Shown here piece by piece: positions 19,781-20,000 of a stretch of DNA of 20,000 bases. This stretch comes from Vezdaea acicularis (Eukaryota): positions 112,725 through 132,724 of the forward strand of contig JAPEUI010000039.1 in NCBI GenBank assembly GCA_026025075.1, read 5' to 3'. A program made the translations under genes and the position numbers. The notes beneath the pieces were generated by a model. The model worked only from the letters and a program-made list of their open reading frames with translations, was not told the origin of the DNA and made no database searches. Each line of letters opens with the position of its first letter. Position 1 is the stretch's first letter.

Positions 19781-20000
19781 TCAGGAAGAGGTTGAAGGAG
19801 GGAAGGGGGGAGGAAGGGAGGAGAGGGGGGTTGAGAGAGAGTAAACAACGATATATCCAAACAAAAAATGGGAGTCATCCCCCTTCAAATAAACCAAGCC
19901 CAGCGCGCACGCACACAAATCATCGCGCCACAATCCACCCCCCCCCCCCTGGAGCAGTAGACTTAAAAGACAGACTGAACAGCCTTCTATCCACTATCCC

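Overview
Gene-dense eukaryotic DNA, most likely from a filamentous ascomycete (Pezizomycotina), judged from short 51-146 nt GT-AG introns with CTAAC/CTRAY branch points and typical fungal orthologues. There are ten protein-coding genes: 3' end of a CTF4/SepB-like gene (+), PQ-loop vacuolar transporter (-), aldo-keto reductase (+), an orphan single-TM protein with internal repeats (+), YAR1-like ankyrin protein (-), WW-domain protein (-), SWA2/auxilin-like UBA-TPR-J protein (+), Mmc1-like protein (-), 6-phosphofructo-2-kinase/FBPase-2 (-) and a DUF202 membrane protein (+). Exon structures were reconstructed by hand. I recognised no RNA gene, transposon or CRISPR array, and I see no clear new multi-gene system. 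The most unusual signals are (1) sharp alternating C/A-rich versus G/T-rich blocks that flip in the middle of coding sequences, (2) a ~1.1 kb AUG-depleted region upstream of the PFK-2 gene whose only AUG lies in a predicted leader intron, (3) a possible cryptic mitochondrial presequence upstream of the AKR, and (4) the FxIPRKxPG repeats of the orphan protein.
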